Source of the DNA: Felis catus
Taxonomy: Eukaryota
Assembly (NCBI RefSeq): GCF_018350175.1
Contig: NC_058368.1
Span: forward strand, 227,790,001-227,854,000
Direction of reading: 5' to 3'
DNA length: 64,000 nucleotides
In this document: in pieces, positions 60,875 through 64,000 of the stretch
Position numbering within the stretch: position 1 is the stretch's first letter
How the letters are laid out: every line of letters starts with the position of its first letter
Translations under genes and position numbers: made by a program
Notes under the pieces: model-generated
What the model was told of the DNA's origin: nothing
What the model saw: the letters and a program-made list of their open reading frames with translations, nothing else
The model's database searches: none

Positions 60875-63726
60875 CAACTCTGAAGCTTGGCAGGTGGCGG
60901 TGCCCCTGCTGAGCACTTCCAGTAACAGAGAAATCACATGGCAGCTGATTTTATTCCCGAACTGCTCTAATTGTCTAAAAAGTCCTATTAAGCTGAAGTC
61001 TTTCTCCTTTCATCCAACCATGGGTACTAGTTTTCAATCCATGACTACAAAGTTAAAATTTAATGCAGGACAGAGAAAGGATAAAAAGGAAAGAGAATAA
61101 GGTAGCCAAGCAAACAGTTCCAGGGCTGAGAAATGAAAGGCAACCAACAGAAATGCTTTGTCTAGGACACGTTGGCAATTTTAACTACCAGGCTCTTTTT
61201 GGAAAAATGTTCACACCCTAATCTGTCCACCGCAGTCAATGAGAACCTTTTTCCTGTGTTTCTCCATCTTAGAAAAGAATGTCAGATTTTACTGATGGAC
61301 TTGGCCTCTCCATTCAGTCATCCATATTCAATCAAAGCAGACAAGGAGCCCCCCACCCACCCCCGTCTGAGCCACTCTACCAGGTGAGGTCCCTACCCAC
61401 AGTCCTGCTTCATCTGTCCTGACAGGTCCAAACCCCCCACCCCACCCCCCACAGATTCAACTGAATGGTCCCTCTCTACCCTCTGCTAGACATCACTGTC
61501 CTAGATGCTGCAGCCAAGATCTAGGTCAGGGATTCAGAGCTGCCCAAAGGAGGGAAAAGCACTTTAAAAAGATGTTCCAGACTTCCCCTGGGATGGGACA
61601 GTGCAACTGCTGCTACTTAAAATCTGCTCTGGCTCCTGATTCCAGATCAAACAACTAAAAGGATGGTTTGTCAAATCATTTTGGAGGCTGGAAGAAAGGA
61701 ACAAACCAGTGAAAGCATTGCCTGATTTTGCCCGAAACTGAACATGGACAAGAGTCCGGGCACGGAAGCAAGCACAGGTGTAGGCATGGCCACCAACAGA
61801 CTTATCTCCCCAGATAAATCCTGGGAAGAGCTACACTGACAGGGAGCAAGTTTTCTGTGGGCATTCAGTCCACCCTAATGTCTTTTGGGCTCTTCTTAGC
61901 AAAAGAAGTAATTTCTCTACTGTGCATAATAAAGATGTAAGAAAGTCTGGTCTCACAAGCACCAAAAATTCCATCTCCAGGGCACAGGAGCCTTTCTAAC
62001 AGAGAGAAGCTGAATTCCGCACAGAATCTATTATTCCGTGACAGGTGGTAGAAACAGAAAAAAGACAGGCTAGACTTTAGCTTCAGGGCATGAAGGGAAG
62101 ACGTCCCAGTTCTGCTATTAGGAGGTAAAAGGAGGCTGCTCAATCCGGCTAGCTAGTTGCACACCCCCCCCCCAAAAGGGGGAGGGGGGGAGCTTTCACT
62201 TGAAGGAGTTCATGTTTTCCTAAGCCTTTGCTTTCTGCAAGGACCTCACGCGGAGAGAGAGAGAGCACTAGGAAGTATATTAACCCCAAGCTGACACTGT
62301 AGAGTCGGTGTATGTCAGTCCCAGCCATATCCAATCTGTTAAAACGACTCAAAAATAACCCCGCTTGGCAAAGATCAAGAAAACGAGGGAAAGACCGTGC
62401 TACACCAGGCATCTACTGGCACTAACTTCTACCTCCGACCATCGCCCTCCCGCTGCAAACTGCTTCTGGCGACCCCGAATACCGAATTTGAAAGAGGCCT
62501 GGAAGAAACGTGAACCGCCGGCCACCAGCGCGCGCCCCATCACAGGCCGCTCCCCAGACGTCCCAGCCCCGCCGTCCTCACCAGCACCCAGCACACGCCC
62601 TCCGCCCGCCGGGCCCGGCCGCAGACCTGGCCCGCCCTTCTCTGTTCTCCGGCGCGGAGTCTGCATCCTCCCGGCCCCGCGCCCGCCCGATCGGCGTGCG
62701 CTCCGGGCTTCGGGCCCCCGAGGCCATCGCCGCCGCCGCCCGCTCCTCCGCCGCCGCCGCCCGGACGCGCGAGCAGACCGGACTGGGGCGGGGTAGGGGG
62801 GGGGGGGCGGACGAGGGGCGCGGGGGCGCGGTCCGGACTCACGCGGGATGTGGGCCCAGGCTGGGGGCGCCGCCGCCGGGGTCCCGGGGACGCCCTGTCA
62901 CGCCCCCCAGACCTCCTCCCCGCGGGACTGCAGCCAAGCTCACCTCTCCCACGGGCACCCCCTCCTCGCTGGAGAGACACCGGGCCACCTGGCACTGCCT
63001 CCACCTCCAAGCCACCCAGGCAGTGCTCCGCGCCTGGCTCCCCCAGGGCCACCGCGCTCCCAGATGTCCCACCCGGGCCGCCCCCGGAGACAATGGCTCA
63101 CCCGCCTCCCGGCCCGCCGCGCTTCAGCTCGGCCACCTCCCCCCTCCCTGGGCAGCGGGTGCCATGGCTTCCCCGTTTCACAGAAGCCTAGGCAGCGGCC
63201 AGGGAGGTGACAGGCTGGAGGACCGAGCAAAGAAACCGGGCTGCTAATGGGGTCGAGGAGGGGCCAGGTACAAATCGGCCACAGAGACCGGCCCAGATGA
63301 GAGCCGCTCTCCCGGGTCCGGCCCCGCCACCCCCGTCCGTTCAGCCTCCGGGGCAGGGGCCTCCGCCCTCACCGTCCCCGCCGCCGACTCCTCGGCCCTC
63401 CCGCAAAAGAGACAAAGAGCCGGCGCCCCAACCCGTGGAGCGGTGGCCACCGGGGCGGGGGACGGGAAGATTTTACCCCGGAACGAGGGGCGGGCGCAGG
63501 GAAGGGCCAGTCGGCGGCGTCCGGGCCAAGCCGCGGCCCGCGGGGAGGTGCGGGCAGTGGGACACGCCGGTGGAGGTCCGGGAGACCCGGCGTGGGGGTG
63601 CAGCAGCCCGGGCCAGAGCGCGCCGGGCCCTACGAACGGGCGAGCACCGGGCGCGCCGGGACTCGCGGACCGCGCCTCCGCGGCGGGCTTGGCCGAGCGC
63701 GCGGGCAGCGCCGCAGTTGCACTCAC

Positions 63727-63883
63727 CGGATCGGAAGAAGGCCGCGATGTCGGCCAGGTCCTTGGCAGCCTCCTCGGCCCCCTCTCCCGCGCCGCCCCCG
63801 CAGCCCGAGCCCGCCGCGCTGGCCGTGGCGGCGGGGCCGGAGGACGCGGCGGGGGCGGCGGCGCCGCCGCTGCTGCCGCTCAT
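63727..63883 (-). CDS. TRIO: TRIO exon 1 coding part (N-terminal 52 codons plus 1 nt of triple functional domain protein, a Rho GEF)
   Basis: Translation MSGSSGGAAAPAASSGPAATASAAGSGCGGGAGEGAEEAAKDLADIAAFFRS-G matches the mammalian TRIO N-terminus as I recall it. ATG is in the context gcagccATG. The exon ends TCC G|GTGAGT (GT at 63726-63725), a canonical phase-1 donor. Confidence 0.95.
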
Positions 63884-64000
63884 GGCTGCGGCGGCGCCCG
63901 CGGCCGCGCCCGGCTCGGGCCCCGCGCCCCTAGCGCCGCGTGCCGCCCGCTCCGCGCCGGGCCTGGCGGCGCCGAGCGCCCAGCTGCCCGCGCCCGGCGC
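63884..64000 (-). other. TRIO: TRIO 5' UTR part of exon 1 (probably continues beyond the window)
   Basis: Extremely GC-rich sequence directly upstream of the ATG, with no upstream ATG on the minus strand. The TSS is not identifiable. Confidence 0.75.

Larger units (their letters stand above)
1..63726 (-). other. TRIO: TRIO intron 1 (partial; extends past the window start)
   Basis: Begins GTGAGT after exon 1. I found no exon-2 sequence (expected to encode roughly GFRKNDEMKAMDVLPILKEK). Repeat-rich, intron-like composition. Confidence 0.85.
62440..64000. promoter_or_regulatory. CpG island over the TRIO promoter, exon 1 and the start of intron 1
   Basis: Very high GC and dense CpG for about 1.5 kb, with multiple GC boxes (GGGGCGGGG near 62785 and 63452). 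Confidence 0.93.

Noticed and set aside
62164..62190. C10-AAAA-G5-A-G7 potential hairpin
   Set aside because: Juxtaposed homopolymer runs, which are common in this window; no evidence of function.
63473..63726. Extension of the TRIO ORF to 136 aa in the ORF track
   Set aside because: It reads through the canonical GTGAGT donor into intron 1; the downstream residues are not TRIO-like.
62365..63933. Many overlapping 85-245 aa ORFs on both strands in the CpG island
   Set aside because: Stop-codon scarcity in GC-rich DNA; Pro/Arg/Gly/Ala-rich with no recognisable domain.

Overview
Mammalian genomic DNA from a carnivore, almost certainly a felid, judged by its many Can-SINEs including young SINEC_Fc-type copies. 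The only confidently supported gene is TRIO (trio Rho guanine nucleotide exchange factor) on the minus strand. Its first coding exon (157 nt, MSGSSGG...IAAFFRS-G, phase-1 GTGAGT donor) lies at 63727-63883 in a CpG island at the right edge. Everything from 1 to 63726 appears to be intron 1; exon 2 was not found in the window. The intron holds about 20 Can-SINEs, old and young L1 fragments, LTR and DNA-transposon relics, MIR/L2 remnants and microsatellites. The long ORFs in the ORF track are GC-rich or repeat-derived artefacts. I see no novel multi-gene system. The best leads are a candidate in-frame 24-nt microexon (14203-14226) next to a SINE insertion, two tandem SINE pairs with triplicated target sites, and several dense transcription-factor motif clusters. 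All calls were made by eye; repeat subfamily names and boundaries are approximate.
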